Shown here: piece by piece, positions 32,901-38,341 of the stretch
How positions within the stretch are numbered: the stretch's first letter is position 1
Layout of the letters: each line of letters begins with the position of its first letter
Source: an uncultured Christensenellaceae bacterium
GTDB lineage: Bacteria; Bacillota; Clostridia; Christensenellales; CAG-1252
Length of the DNA: 64,000 nucleotides
Direction of reading: 5' to 3'
Assembly: GCA_964391805.1 (NCBI GenBank)
Contig: CAYMNK010000006.1
Span: 466-64,465, forward strand
Program-made: the position numbers and the translations under genes
The notes under the pieces: model-generated
What the model was told of the DNA's origin: nothing
What the model saw: the letters and a program-made list of their open reading frames with translations, nothing else
Database searches by the model: none

Positions 32901-33075
32901 CCGAAGAGAGAATATCGAAACTGATTACCGATTCGGCATAAGATATTTCGGTGTTCGTTGCGGAAAACATTGCAAAACAAGATAACGCAAGTATTGCGAT
33001 AAGAAGTATTGCTATCGATCCGATTTTTGAAAAAGACTTGTTAATCATGATTTTTTTATTTTCTCCTATGTTCAT
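23974..33075 (-). CDS. 3,033-aa cell-surface protein: signal/anchor, non-repetitive N-terminal half with beta-helix-like region, MBG/YDG-type repeat half, coiled segment, C-terminal hydrophobic tail
   Basis: ORF track. Hydrophobic N-terminus IGSIAILLIAILALSCFAMF. GWIINDELVSTDVDYSFVLIGDTTVKAV is an InlB-B-repeat-like motif. MBG-like modules, e.g. SVYGSQLETLTAVVEGLVEGDQLSEVLELVKANGENVGQYAI. YDG-like modules, e.g. VSAVWSDNDYYYNGLRQSPSV and SKVYDGIVVALDV. C-terminus ..MALISAISVVAYFGIKQTL. An alternative in-frame start exists at 33048. Confidence 0.85.
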   Translation of the reverse strand: MNIGENKKIMINKSFSKIGSIAILLIAILALSCFAMFSATNTEISYAESVISFDILSSGTEVDSKNDEYFVFGDSSDLKLVLSSAVSADNFSFAKVNVTLDDEGEKVISEVESYELSSDGKTILLSGISGVGTYRLTLKDGDVDKSQLITISVGWTLTEIEGVYYLPAENGWRKTEDGVFLSQESDRLTASTMRLVTKGVDYLKFSAICVDATNSYGSNCGVIKTDSNSFNVKSTRVGGTVSNNDYTDGALVLKASFDVITVNYDPIAGSSSTAEMRVSNLSSTKEESDYYTLTLKYNDIWGSVYYFDSYDNKVELVNGGNQVLKYLNTPIYMESGYDAEIIKVFSYKFKVLNSNGEAKKSDEKSFEDGVDSYRIDAYFDGNATLDIEFLALLNLPSENINLMIKKNGVTGNLSVKNGGVYEFDKTVTVELTLAAPTIGVDNEQCDLYVDGVLKAKKLVDAQGQYVYSFGTLDYDHTFTFVYSKETYADTKFEYTINKVTTYTIEKDLIAEGSTDIVITNDNDKPFRYFSPVSTEKIAYIPGNRGVKSSVSVISFEVRGTGSFVFDYYMDIDEYSYCLITVDKELDFSSIEESTLAKYYIGEAYDEYSLKKANHGSHGWRRKTCNIEAEGSTAIVRIYYFKASSFDSYTDETSDLFAISGVAYYVGNASFTASTDFDEFGSFTASVDGSTIDSGEELSVGTKITLKASPNAGKVFYGWIINDELVSTDVDYSFVLIGDTTVKAVMQLPDYYVAKSDKGFYTSLNEAVANVTSGQIVLINDTTISEDLTVPKGVEILIPFSAKDKTGYAIGGTSQCVSWATEKTRSQYLYLTLTVNKGVTVVIESKLTLGAVMFTQDQSAQGHTSGAYSQIVNNGTIEIHDGAYLDVMGLVIGSGNIDLQDNTTLRMPFIVNNYEGGTITLHYYEANCFPFYNYGLMNVQCNYTLRYGAKLVGHAALFAMSAINTQDVVVVNSIENRIDGADGALYWITENSYIDFSYSPKSVNLQMGEAHLEDCGVTTLSFHGEIWMGEFSMQGFGSMEMVLGLPYTFNYVITDGATLVIPAGREYMILPGSEMIVAEGGTLQVNGGLYALDSLLLAPVIAKYYPYADQLRDNGFAVSGMFINNSIVNIDGAFAGIIQSTRDGAIVNVGVNAELKKVITMGGYYSGDDINTAKLHITARVQGLGSGDFELLEKGTSYQSYSIKSGTNFVLESFTMDSAEKFEVEDWTIELNQNMQGYFAKLVNGELLVQRELYIGDKVQDVVVIVDGVSKKSDSDGLFSVWAVVNGNIEYQAKLFDKSVKIVNEWDSLDRITLDVTKSISVNADSSYIQVYDKSGRLIQDLDVNATATFYNGNTASVKLLPSALSDLYVQSVVFTSEDYIIDHSADVYIRKTALSKHIANVEALAHSTSEKLISEAKDVFDEYQSVIKGLASEELTFVNSAISEEVGSLLGYREIIVSFTITDVTYGDSSATAEATFVNGTKKNIQVRSLNEYSVLGGNIVGKYEASDSFADIDYSVVSSISGVKQKALKVNIDDKKSVYGSQLETLTAVVEGLVEGDQLSEVLELVKANGENVGQYAINAQKTSGNKSSYYSLDVTTGTYTITAKPISVSLASRNVMLSKANSEIVILSDFGDSDIISLTYEIYKDNVKVANVINGILRADSTLTVGEYEIRANNSNKNYALTQLNKCTYSVVDNKDYYSFDIGLEPLSKVYDGIVVALDVNVKNAETGENESYTVTVDGSTDYSIKNVGTYSIAISADGYTQNYTYSITPKTVSAVWSDNDYYYNGLRQSPSVTLSGTVEGDNVQVSVPSYINAGKYDIKAVLTDSNYVLDATADHEFVILPKDTVLIVNINRDVMLSSIYDGAKLIFAVSQSASSISTSNIEFVAYDSENEVAFTVDSNRTVALKKEIVVGKYTIVAINKDTNYNATCENAELNVVEDNKYYTLEIKFDGESVNEKVYDGQSVNVDVKVIETDTGNEVSGVSKEYLIGETSVFSIKLVADYTIRVVVGEAEYVFTYRITPRTVSVKWNSSEMVYDGNEQIPEYSLENVVDGDSVSVVLGEFDCIDAGKHTATVLTISGSDSANYTLASVGLSFEYEIKPAKAEVSFYVNDVLYGKVAETIKMEVSSELSKNEICFVILKDGIEVGSVKNGVVTLNSELEIGSYQMSAESLNSNYVAESETRTFNVISHEDYYEVDLGINNDSKTYDGKEVTLKVKVRVSATGSVVSHTLTVNGSADYSIKNAGDYSIMINVLGGQFEYSYTIEKKSVNLRWSASDFVYNGKNQMPTVEITNKVSGDDVSVVQGDYECIYAGSKTANVKELVGADKDNYVLNGNLTYQYNISKLTVNVTVDNVKSVYGDSDVALTAQVSESTPDTLDSIISLSRKEGKSVGEYAISVQCINDNYTVKYNSAKYVIESKPIKVLIDRKSSVYGEELSSLTATIDGNLVYDDKAENIYELVMDRGINVGEYAISGRALNSNYSVEFVNAVYTITPKKVEFTVGDKQMVYGNEVVKVDAELSEGYTLSYNDTIGDIIEVIREEVNNVGTYKITVVEKGNANYMVYDIHYTNPENSVYTIDPRPLTITLTNKSSDNKAEYKDIIDILNNDPYRISSGTVVGDDDLGIEILLMFTSDEGEIKMTESNFKDYYHTGEFKITLEYSNNNYDITVADAVFTVTKSIVNVVNMETEFIYNDGEEIKVFDWTKNITGNLKEADNNSFSIVITDSNGEDVEKIIDVGTYNVKVIIVYHHLFIFDDDVVTDYTVTVSKKDISDKLIAVNVPESGETEYDPFPNSVYVECELDNVDVECEIIFNNEVISGDEFDIGTYTINAKIVSNNYKGELSRTWKVVPKDITKNINILGVKTDSINIIGAFDIKVMCSNKVELKKELIFNGEVVENIEKSGEYTIKVTVLSDNYSGQKELTFDVIRNYSEVFENISAYLDGFENMSINEKLEALSAVRKELQKIDETDRAKLSEVASYAEVVETVENAFNSYHKELSNAVSTAKHGIPIADTMALISAISVVAYFGIKQTL
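25760..28000 (-). repeat. three about 246-252-aa super-repeats within the 3,033-aa gene
   Basis: In-frame translations: VVDNKDYYSFDIG (codon 1693, nt 27999), VVEDNKYYTLEIKF (about nt 27262) and VISHEDYYEVDLG (about nt 26511). Each is followed by the same module order: K(V/T)YDG module, then ..W..Y(N/D)G..Q module. Confidence 0.7.
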
Positions 33076-33241
33076 TCTTTTTCCGTCTCGCGCGCACGCA
33101 TTTAAAAAATTTAATATATTTAAAATATTTTATTTTTAACACAAAAATTCGCACAAAACAGCTTTGAAAATACTACGTGCAAAAAAAGCGATTTCATTCT
33201 ATAACCCATAGAAAAAGCATCGCTTATCAAAAATATGGAAT

Positions 33242-33655
33242 TTAAATATTGAGTCTTGAAAAACTTAAAAATTTATCGTTACGGGATTCTCTATAGACTT
33301 GCCCGTTATTAACATGATTGACGGGAGTGGATATCTCGCCGTATTTCGAAGCATACAATAAAAACTTGACCAGTCTCAAAACGAACATGGTACAAGAGGA
33401 TATTCCAATAAAAATAAAGGAGTAGGATAGTAGTAATTGAATGGTTACCGTTACCGACGAGGTACCGAAACAATATTGAAGGAGCATTCTCAATACGCTA
33501 ATTGTTTTTTCGGATAAATTCCTTAAGAAAAACTCCTTAACTACATCAAAGTAAGCGTTCCATATCAATAGAAGCGAAACAACAAGTAGGGACAGCGCGA
33601 TGCTCTTCCTTAAAAACTTGCCTATTCTATTAATGAAACTACCTTTCTTTTCCAT
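33242..33655 (-). CDS. small integral membrane protein (137 aa), function unknown
   Basis: ORF track. About three hydrophobic segments. RBS-like AAGGTTAAGGA upstream. No family recognised. Confidence 0.5.
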   Translation of the reverse strand: MEKKGSFINRIGKFLRKSIALSLLVVSLLLIWNAYFDVVKEFFLRNLSEKTISVLRMLLQYCFGTSSVTVTIQLLLSYSFIFIGISSCTMFVLRLVKFLLYASKYGEISTPVNHVNNGQVYRESRNDKFLSFSRLNI

Positions 33656-33803
33656 TTATATCCTTAACCTTATATACTTTTACGGCATAAAAGCATATTT
33701 ATGCCATAAGTTTATTGTATTATATCATATAATACACAATTCGGCAAGTGTTTTTTACAAAAATTAATATTTCGTACACTTTTTTAAGACTTATTTCGAT
33801 TAT

Positions 33804-35288
33804 TTATTCGTCATTTTCTTCCTTTTTGGACGGAACACCCTCTACAGACAACTTTTTCGCCTTGAGTTTTGCCAAAAGACGCCTAAACGGAAAGACATCG
33901 AGAGCCAAACCTTTATCCGTATCAGAAGCCGATTCTACCGTAAACGAAATCAAAATGGTCATTATGAAGAATGTCGGTCCGAAATAGTTGGTGTCTATCA
34001 TTCCGTATCCTTCCCAAATGAGGACAGATACTAATAATGCTAAACCTGTCGGAGTCTTAACTATTGGTGCAAAACTGCGCAAACGCCAATAATAGTAAAT
34101 CAAGAAAAAGATTATTCCGATTATACCCATATTTGCGACAACTTGGAAAAATGTGGAGTGATACCAATAGGGCGTATATCCGTTATTCGCGGCGCCTTCA
34201 ACTCTAACTCCAAGTTTATAATCCCAACCTGCTCCGCATATAGGCCAACGCTTAAACACTTCTAATGCTTCGGGATAAAGCGATTCTATTCTCGAACTGC
34301 TGTCAAACCCCTTGTCTAACAACGGTGAAATAACTTTTAAAATCTCGTTACCGTAAAAACCGATTAGGACCACAGCGCCGACAAATAACATCGATATCGT
34401 AAAACCGAATTGGAACTTGTTTTCCGTTTTTGATGCTACGTAAAATGCCATAAACGGGAATACTACTACCGCGAATAGCAATGCTCCGCGACAACTTAGT
34501 ATAAGCAGTAAAACATAGTAAAATACTATCAATAATATGTATAGCGGGACAATTTTATTCTTTTTGATGCAACGGATAAATGTCACAGGTATCGCTAATG
34601 CCAAAACCGGTGACACATTGTTTTTACCTGCCCAGCCAATGTTAAAGCTACCTTTTACCTCGAGACATTCCGCCCACGTACTGCAAGTTCTGGCATAGTA
34701 AGTGACTATTTGAGCTGAAACTAAAAGTCCTAACACAAAGAGAATAAAACTCATATAGTCTACAAGTTTTTTGCGTTCTTCTCCCGTGTTCGTTACAACA
34801 AAAAACGAGTATCCCAATCCCACGATAACAACCAAAAGGAATGCTACAAGAACAGCAACCCAGTTTTCATACGGACTGCCAAGTCCGCCAAAGGCAAACG
34901 GTATCGCTAATAACAAAACGGAAAAGTGAAATCCCTTGATCTTGGTTATACCCAAAACCGACCAATCACGCTTAAATCTCACTACGCTGAATATACATCC
35001 TGCCAAAAGAAGAACAACTATAGGAATCAAAAGATACACATAACTATGCAGATTATGACGATTGTCCGAAATGATCATAGTCATATACATCAAGAAGGGG
35101 ATGAGATGTTTGGTTTCTTTAGAGAAAAATAGAGGCAATACCGAAATCACCAACAAGACACATAGCATAATGGGCCATATACTATAAAACCATCCTATGA
35201 ACACAAGAAGAGCAATCAACACTACATAAAGTTCCGATTGAATAAATCTATTCAAATATTCAAATGCTTTTGTAACCTTTTCTTTCAT
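33804..35288 (-). CDS. O-antigen ligase / Wzy_C-family polytopic membrane protein
   Basis: Track ORF 33804..35363. I prefer ATG 35288 (MKEKVTKAF) because the longer ORF start lies inside the predicted promoter. More than 10 TM segments. Family-typical motifs: LSCRGALLF, a large loop ..RIESLYPEALEVFKRWPICGAGWD, and YHSTFFQVVANMGIIGIIFF. Confidence 0.7.
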   Translation of the reverse strand: MKEKVTKAFEYLNRFIQSELYVVLIALLVFIGWFYSIWPIMLCVLLVISVLPLFFSKETKHLIPFLMYMTMIISDNRHNLHSYVYLLIPIVVLLLAGCIFSVVRFKRDWSVLGITKIKGFHFSVLLLAIPFAFGGLGSPYENWVAVLVAFLLVVIVGLGYSFFVVTNTGEERKKLVDYMSFILFVLGLLVSAQIVTYYARTCSTWAECLEVKGSFNIGWAGKNNVSPVLALAIPVTFIRCIKKNKIVPLYILLIVFYYVLLLILSCRGALLFAVVVFPFMAFYVASKTENKFQFGFTISMLFVGAVVLIGFYGNEILKVISPLLDKGFDSSSRIESLYPEALEVFKRWPICGAGWDYKLGVRVEGAANNGYTPYWYHSTFFQVVANMGIIGIIFFLIYYYWRLRSFAPIVKTPTGLALLVSVLIWEGYGMIDTNYFGPTFFIMTILISFTVESASDTDKGLALDVFPFRRLLAKLKAKKLSVEGVPSKKEENDE

Positions 35289-35330
35289 TTTTCGTCCCCC
35301 GTTTTGTCGAAAAGTATTATTAACTAATAC

Positions 35331-35359
35331 ATTATATCCACATATGTCAAAATAAGCAA
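35331..35359 (-). promoter_or_regulatory. sigma-A-type promoter for the ligase-like gene (TTGCTT-17-TATAAT)
   Basis: Minus-strand reading: -35 TTGCTT (35359-35354), 17-nt spacer, -10 TATAAT (35336-35331), 42 nt upstream of ATG 35288. Confidence 0.45.
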
Positions 35360-35499
35360 ACATTTTTTAGCATTTTTCGACTTTTGTCACCTTTCTATTG
35401 CGTTTTTGCGACAAAATACGACAATTGTGTGAAAAAAGTGAAGAAAAAGGGAATGTTTTTATTGCATCTATGCTTATCCGAAAGATATTGAATTGTTTT

Positions 35500-35745
35500 T
35501 GGCGGACAATAACGTTAGCACTCGTCCTCCATCATATTGATTTCCGTCCCGTCATACTGAGCGTAGCGTAAGCGAAGTCGAAATTCGAACAAAGTGAGAA
35601 TCAAACGACGTAGGCGTTTGGTACTTTGCGGACGATAACGAGTAGTTGATTAAACGACATCCTTGTTAATAAGGAATAAGATTCTGACACTTCGTGTCAC
35701 CATTCGGGTTCGACTACGGTCTGTCGACGCTCAGAATGACAGGAT
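35500..35745. repeat. intergenic structured repeat family, locus 1 (one reverse and one forward unit)
   Basis: The reverse-strand core gtcatactgagcg (35551-35563) with gaagtcgaaattcgaac matches locus 6 in reverse complement. The forward unit 35679-35743 has hairpin TGACAC-ttc-GTGTCA, GGGTTCGACTAC, and core CGCTCAGAATGAC (35728-35740). The ttgcggacgataac module is at 35626-35639. Confidence 0.85.
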
Positions 35746-35858
35746 TGGGCGCCGACACTTGCCTTACCTTGGATTTATTTTTTGTAAAGTTTTGTTTTTT
35801 TGTCGCTTTATTCGAAAAAGTATGCTATACTCTTAGTTGAATTATTATAGAGGTGTAT

Positions 35859-36245
35859 ATGAAAATTTCATCAAAAGGAAGATACGCATTGAGAATAATG
35901 GTCGATCTCGCTCAAAAAGACGAATTGACTTCGATAAAAGAAATATCTACCGAGCAAGGTATTTCCCTTAAATATCTCGAACAAATCGTGGCAATGTTAC
36001 TAAAAGCCAACCTCGTCGAGGGTTTTAGAGGTCCTAACGGTGGCTATAAACTCACACGCAAACCCGAAAACATTCCCTTATCCGAGATTCTCGAGGCAAC
36101 GGAAGGGAAAATCTCTATAGTAGGTTGTCTGAGCGGTGGATGCGATAAGTCTAACGATTGTAAAACTCGTAATGTTTGGGAAAAACTAAATCAAAATATC
36201 AACGATTATCTAAAAAGCGTAATGTTAAGTGATTTAATCGATTAG
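35859..36245 (+). CDS. iscR: Rrf2-family transcriptional regulator, IscR-like (three C-terminal Cys ligands)
   Basis: MKISSKGRYALRIMVDLA.. is a typical Rrf2 wHTH N-terminus. GCLSGGCDKSNDC matches the IscR-type Fe-S ligand spacing. The gene lies directly upstream of nifS-nifU. The track start 35853 is a GTG; ATG 35859 follows AGAGGTG. Confidence 0.85.
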   Translation: MKISSKGRYALRIMVDLAQKDELTSIKEISTEQGISLKYLEQIVAMLLKANLVEGFRGPNGGYKLTRKPENIPLSEILEATEGKISIVGCLSGGCDKSNDCKTRNVWEKLNQNINDYLKSVMLSDLID

Positions 36246-36269
36246 TTTTGAGAATGTATGTCAATTCTA

Positions 36270-36299
36270 TTGACAATAATCGATATTGTAGGATATAAT
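36270..36299 (+). promoter_or_regulatory. near-consensus promoter in front of nifS (TTGACA-18-TATAAT)
   Basis: TTGACA 36270-36275, TATAAT 36294-36299. It is followed by two direct CTACTAAAA repeats (36305-36313 and 36335-36343) before the RBS AAGGAG. Confidence 0.55.
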
Positions 36300-36353
36300 A
36301 TTTCCTACTAAAATAGTATGAAATTAAACCTTTTCTACTAAAAGGAGTTATAA

Positions 36354-37547
36354 ATGGATAAAATAATTTATTTGGATAATGCAGGAACAACCAGAGTCGA
36401 CGAATCCGTTGTTAAGGCTATGCTACCATTTTTTACCGAAGAATACGGTAATGCTTCGAGCTTACACTATGTAGGTCAGTCCGCAAAAGAAAAACTCGAA
36501 CAGGCTCGTGCCGAAATTGCCCAATGCATATCTGCTAAACCTAATGAAATCTACTTCACTTCGGGCGGAAGCGAAAGCGATAACTGGGCACTTATGTCCG
36601 TCGCCAAATTCGGTGCTATGAAAGGTAAGAAGCATATTATATCGTCCGAAATCGAGCATCACGCTATATTGCATACACTGAAAAAACTCAAAAAGGACGG
36701 TTACGATATAACCTATTTACCGGTAGACGGTAACGGACTTATCTCTCTCGATGACCTCAAAAATGCAATTAGAACGGATACTTGTCTTGTAACCGTAATG
36801 TTTGCAAATAACGAAATCGGAACTATTGAACCAATCAAAGAAATCGGTGCTATTTGTAGAGAAAAAGGCGTAATATTCCACACCGACGCCGTTCAAGCGG
36901 TAGGTCACGTAAAAGTGGACGTCAACGAAATGAATATAGATATGCTAAGCATTTCCGCACACAAATTCCACGGACCTAAAGGGGTAGGTGCGCTCTACTG
37001 TAAAAAAGGCGTTCCCCTATTCCCATTAATCGAGGGCGGTACACAAGAAAGTAATAAGCGTGCAGGGACAGAGAATTTGGCATCCATAGTTGGGTTTTCC
37101 ACCGCTTTGAAACTCGCCGTGAACGAATTAGAGACCACCTCACGCCACGAGATCTTCTTAAGAGATAAGTTAATCGATGGGCTGTCCGAAATACCACATA
37201 GTATTCTAAACGGCGACAGAGAACAAAGATTACCCAATAACGTCAATATGTGTTTCGAGGGAATCGAAGGCGAAAGTCTACTGCTTTTACTTGCGGATAA
37301 GGGCATTTGTGCATCATCCGGTTCCGCTTGTACATCAGGTTCGCTCGATCCGTCACACGTTCTTTTGGCAATAGGCAGACCTCATGAGGTTGCTCACGGT
37401 TCATTAAGGCTGACACTTAGTAAGTACAACACCGAAAAAGAAATCGGCATCGTTATCCGAGAAGTTAAAGATGTCGTAGAATATTTAAGAAAGATATCCC
37501 CTGTATGGGACGAATTTCAAAAAGGAGTAAGAAATCATGTTATATAG
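36354..37547 (+). CDS. nifS: cysteine desulfurase (NifS/IscS type, class V aminotransferase)
   Basis: PLP-lysine motif SISAHKFHGPKGVG, active-site loop SSGSACTSGSLDPSHVL, 397 aa. Confidence 0.93.
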   Translation: MDKIIYLDNAGTTRVDESVVKAMLPFFTEEYGNASSLHYVGQSAKEKLEQARAEIAQCISAKPNEIYFTSGGSESDNWALMSVAKFGAMKGKKHIISSEIEHHAILHTLKKLKKDGYDITYLPVDGNGLISLDDLKNAIRTDTCLVTVMFANNEIGTIEPIKEIGAICREKGVIFHTDAVQAVGHVKVDVNEMNIDMLSISAHKFHGPKGVGALYCKKGVPLFPLIEGGTQESNKRAGTENLASIVGFSTALKLAVNELETTSRHEIFLRDKLIDGLSEIPHSILNGDREQRLPNNVNMCFEGIEGESLLLLLADKGICASSGSACTSGSLDPSHVLLAIGRPHEVAHGSLRLTLSKYNTEKEIGIVIREVKDVVEYLRKISPVWDEFQKGVRNHVI

Positions 37548-37983
37548 CGAAAAGGTAATGGATCATTTTAGAAATCCACGTAATGTAGGCGAAATACCCG
37601 ACGCAGACGGTATCGGTGAAGTAGGCAATGCAAAATGCGGAGACATAATGAGAATGTACATCAAGGTTGATAACGATATTATAACCGATGCTAAGTTTAT
37701 GACATTCGGTTGCGGAAGTGCTATAGCGACAAGCTCGATGGCTACCGAACTTATCAAGGGACAACCTATTTCTAAGGCACTCGAATTGACAAACGAAGCT
37801 GTCGTTGAGGCATTAGGCGGACTACCTGCATATAAAATTCACTGTTCGGTTTTAGCAGAAGAGGCTGTCAAACTTGCAGTCAAAGATTATTATCAAAAGA
37901 ATAATATTCCTTATGACGAATCGTTATTCAGTGAGGGTGATTGTCATTGTCACGATCACGACCACGGTTCGGATGAAGAATAA
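37537..37983 (+). CDS. nifU: Fe-S cluster assembly scaffold (NifU/IscU N-terminal-domain type)
   Basis: GNAKCGDIMRMYIKV, FMTFGCGSAIATSS and KIHCSVLAEEA are the three conserved Cys motifs. His/Asp-rich tail. Overlaps the nifS stop by 11 nt; RBS AAGGAG. Confidence 0.92.
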   Translation: MLYSEKVMDHFRNPRNVGEIPDADGIGEVGNAKCGDIMRMYIKVDNDIITDAKFMTFGCGSAIATSSMATELIKGQPISKALELTNEAVVEALGGLPAYKIHCSVLAEEAVKLAVKDYYQKNNIPYDESLFSEGDCHCHDHDHGSDEE

Positions 37984-38004
37984 TAGGATTAAACAATGCT
38001 AAAG

Positions 38005-38029
38005 AGCGACCGATTGTGTCGCTTTTTTT
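38005..38029 (+). terminator. rho-independent terminator after nifU
   Basis: AGCGAC-cgattgt-GTCGCT followed by TTTTTTT. Confidence 0.7.
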
Positions 38030-38046
38030 ATAAGGATTATAAACAA

Positions 38047-38161
38047 GGATTAGATACCGACACCGATGGTGTCGCGGCTACGCCGTTCGACTCCGCTTTC
38101 GCTCCGCTCAGTATGACATTTGATGGTGCAGTGTCATTCATAATTTGATGGCGGACGAAAG
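38047..38161 (+). repeat. intergenic structured repeat family, locus 2
   Basis: GGATTAGATAC, hairpin CGACACC-gat-GGTGTCG (38058-38074), GCTACGCCGTTCGACTCC, core CGCTCAGTATGAC (38105-38117), then ATTTGATGGTGCAGTG and GATGGCGGACGAAA modules. Confidence 0.9.
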
Positions 38162-38248
38162 TTTTTTCTTGATTTGATATTTTTTAAGGGTTAAGTGGTG
38201 AGAAAACGAATTGTTTTTGTGGAAGATTAAAGAAATTCTAAAAATTGC

Positions 38249-38278
38249 TTGACTACATGACCTTTTTTAGACCATAAT
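38249..38278 (+). promoter_or_regulatory. candidate promoter for ileS-leuS (TTGACT-18-CATAAT)
   Basis: Motifs at 38249-38254 and 38273-38278, leaving about 60 nt of leader to ATG 38342. No T-box elements present. Confidence 0.45.
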
Positions 38279-38341
38279 ATTATTTAAGATATTTAAATAT
38301 AATTTTGTATGCATATGCGTGCGAAATAATTAGGAGAAATT

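Noticed and set aside
33051-33057. A7 (T7 on the plus strand) homopolymer between the two candidate start codons of the 3,033-aa gene, as a phase-variation switch
   Set aside because: Seven bases is short for slipped-strand switching. The tract simply encodes Lys-Lys, and either start remains usable.
24091-33139. Plus-strand ORFs (61-114 aa) scattered through 24.0-33.1 kb
   Set aside because: They are antisense shadows of the 3,033-aa gene, with no start context and no recognisable motifs.
35800-35831. Promoter for the Rrf2 gene (TTGTCG ... TATACT / TATGCT)
   Set aside because: The spacer lengths (20 or 15 nt) are poor, so no confident call could be made.
38162-38341. T-box leader upstream of ileS (and likewise upstream of glyQS, 61096-61480)
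   Set aside because: No T-box consensus (..GGGTGGTACCGCG..), no specifier-loop architecture, and the ileS leader is only about 60 nt long.
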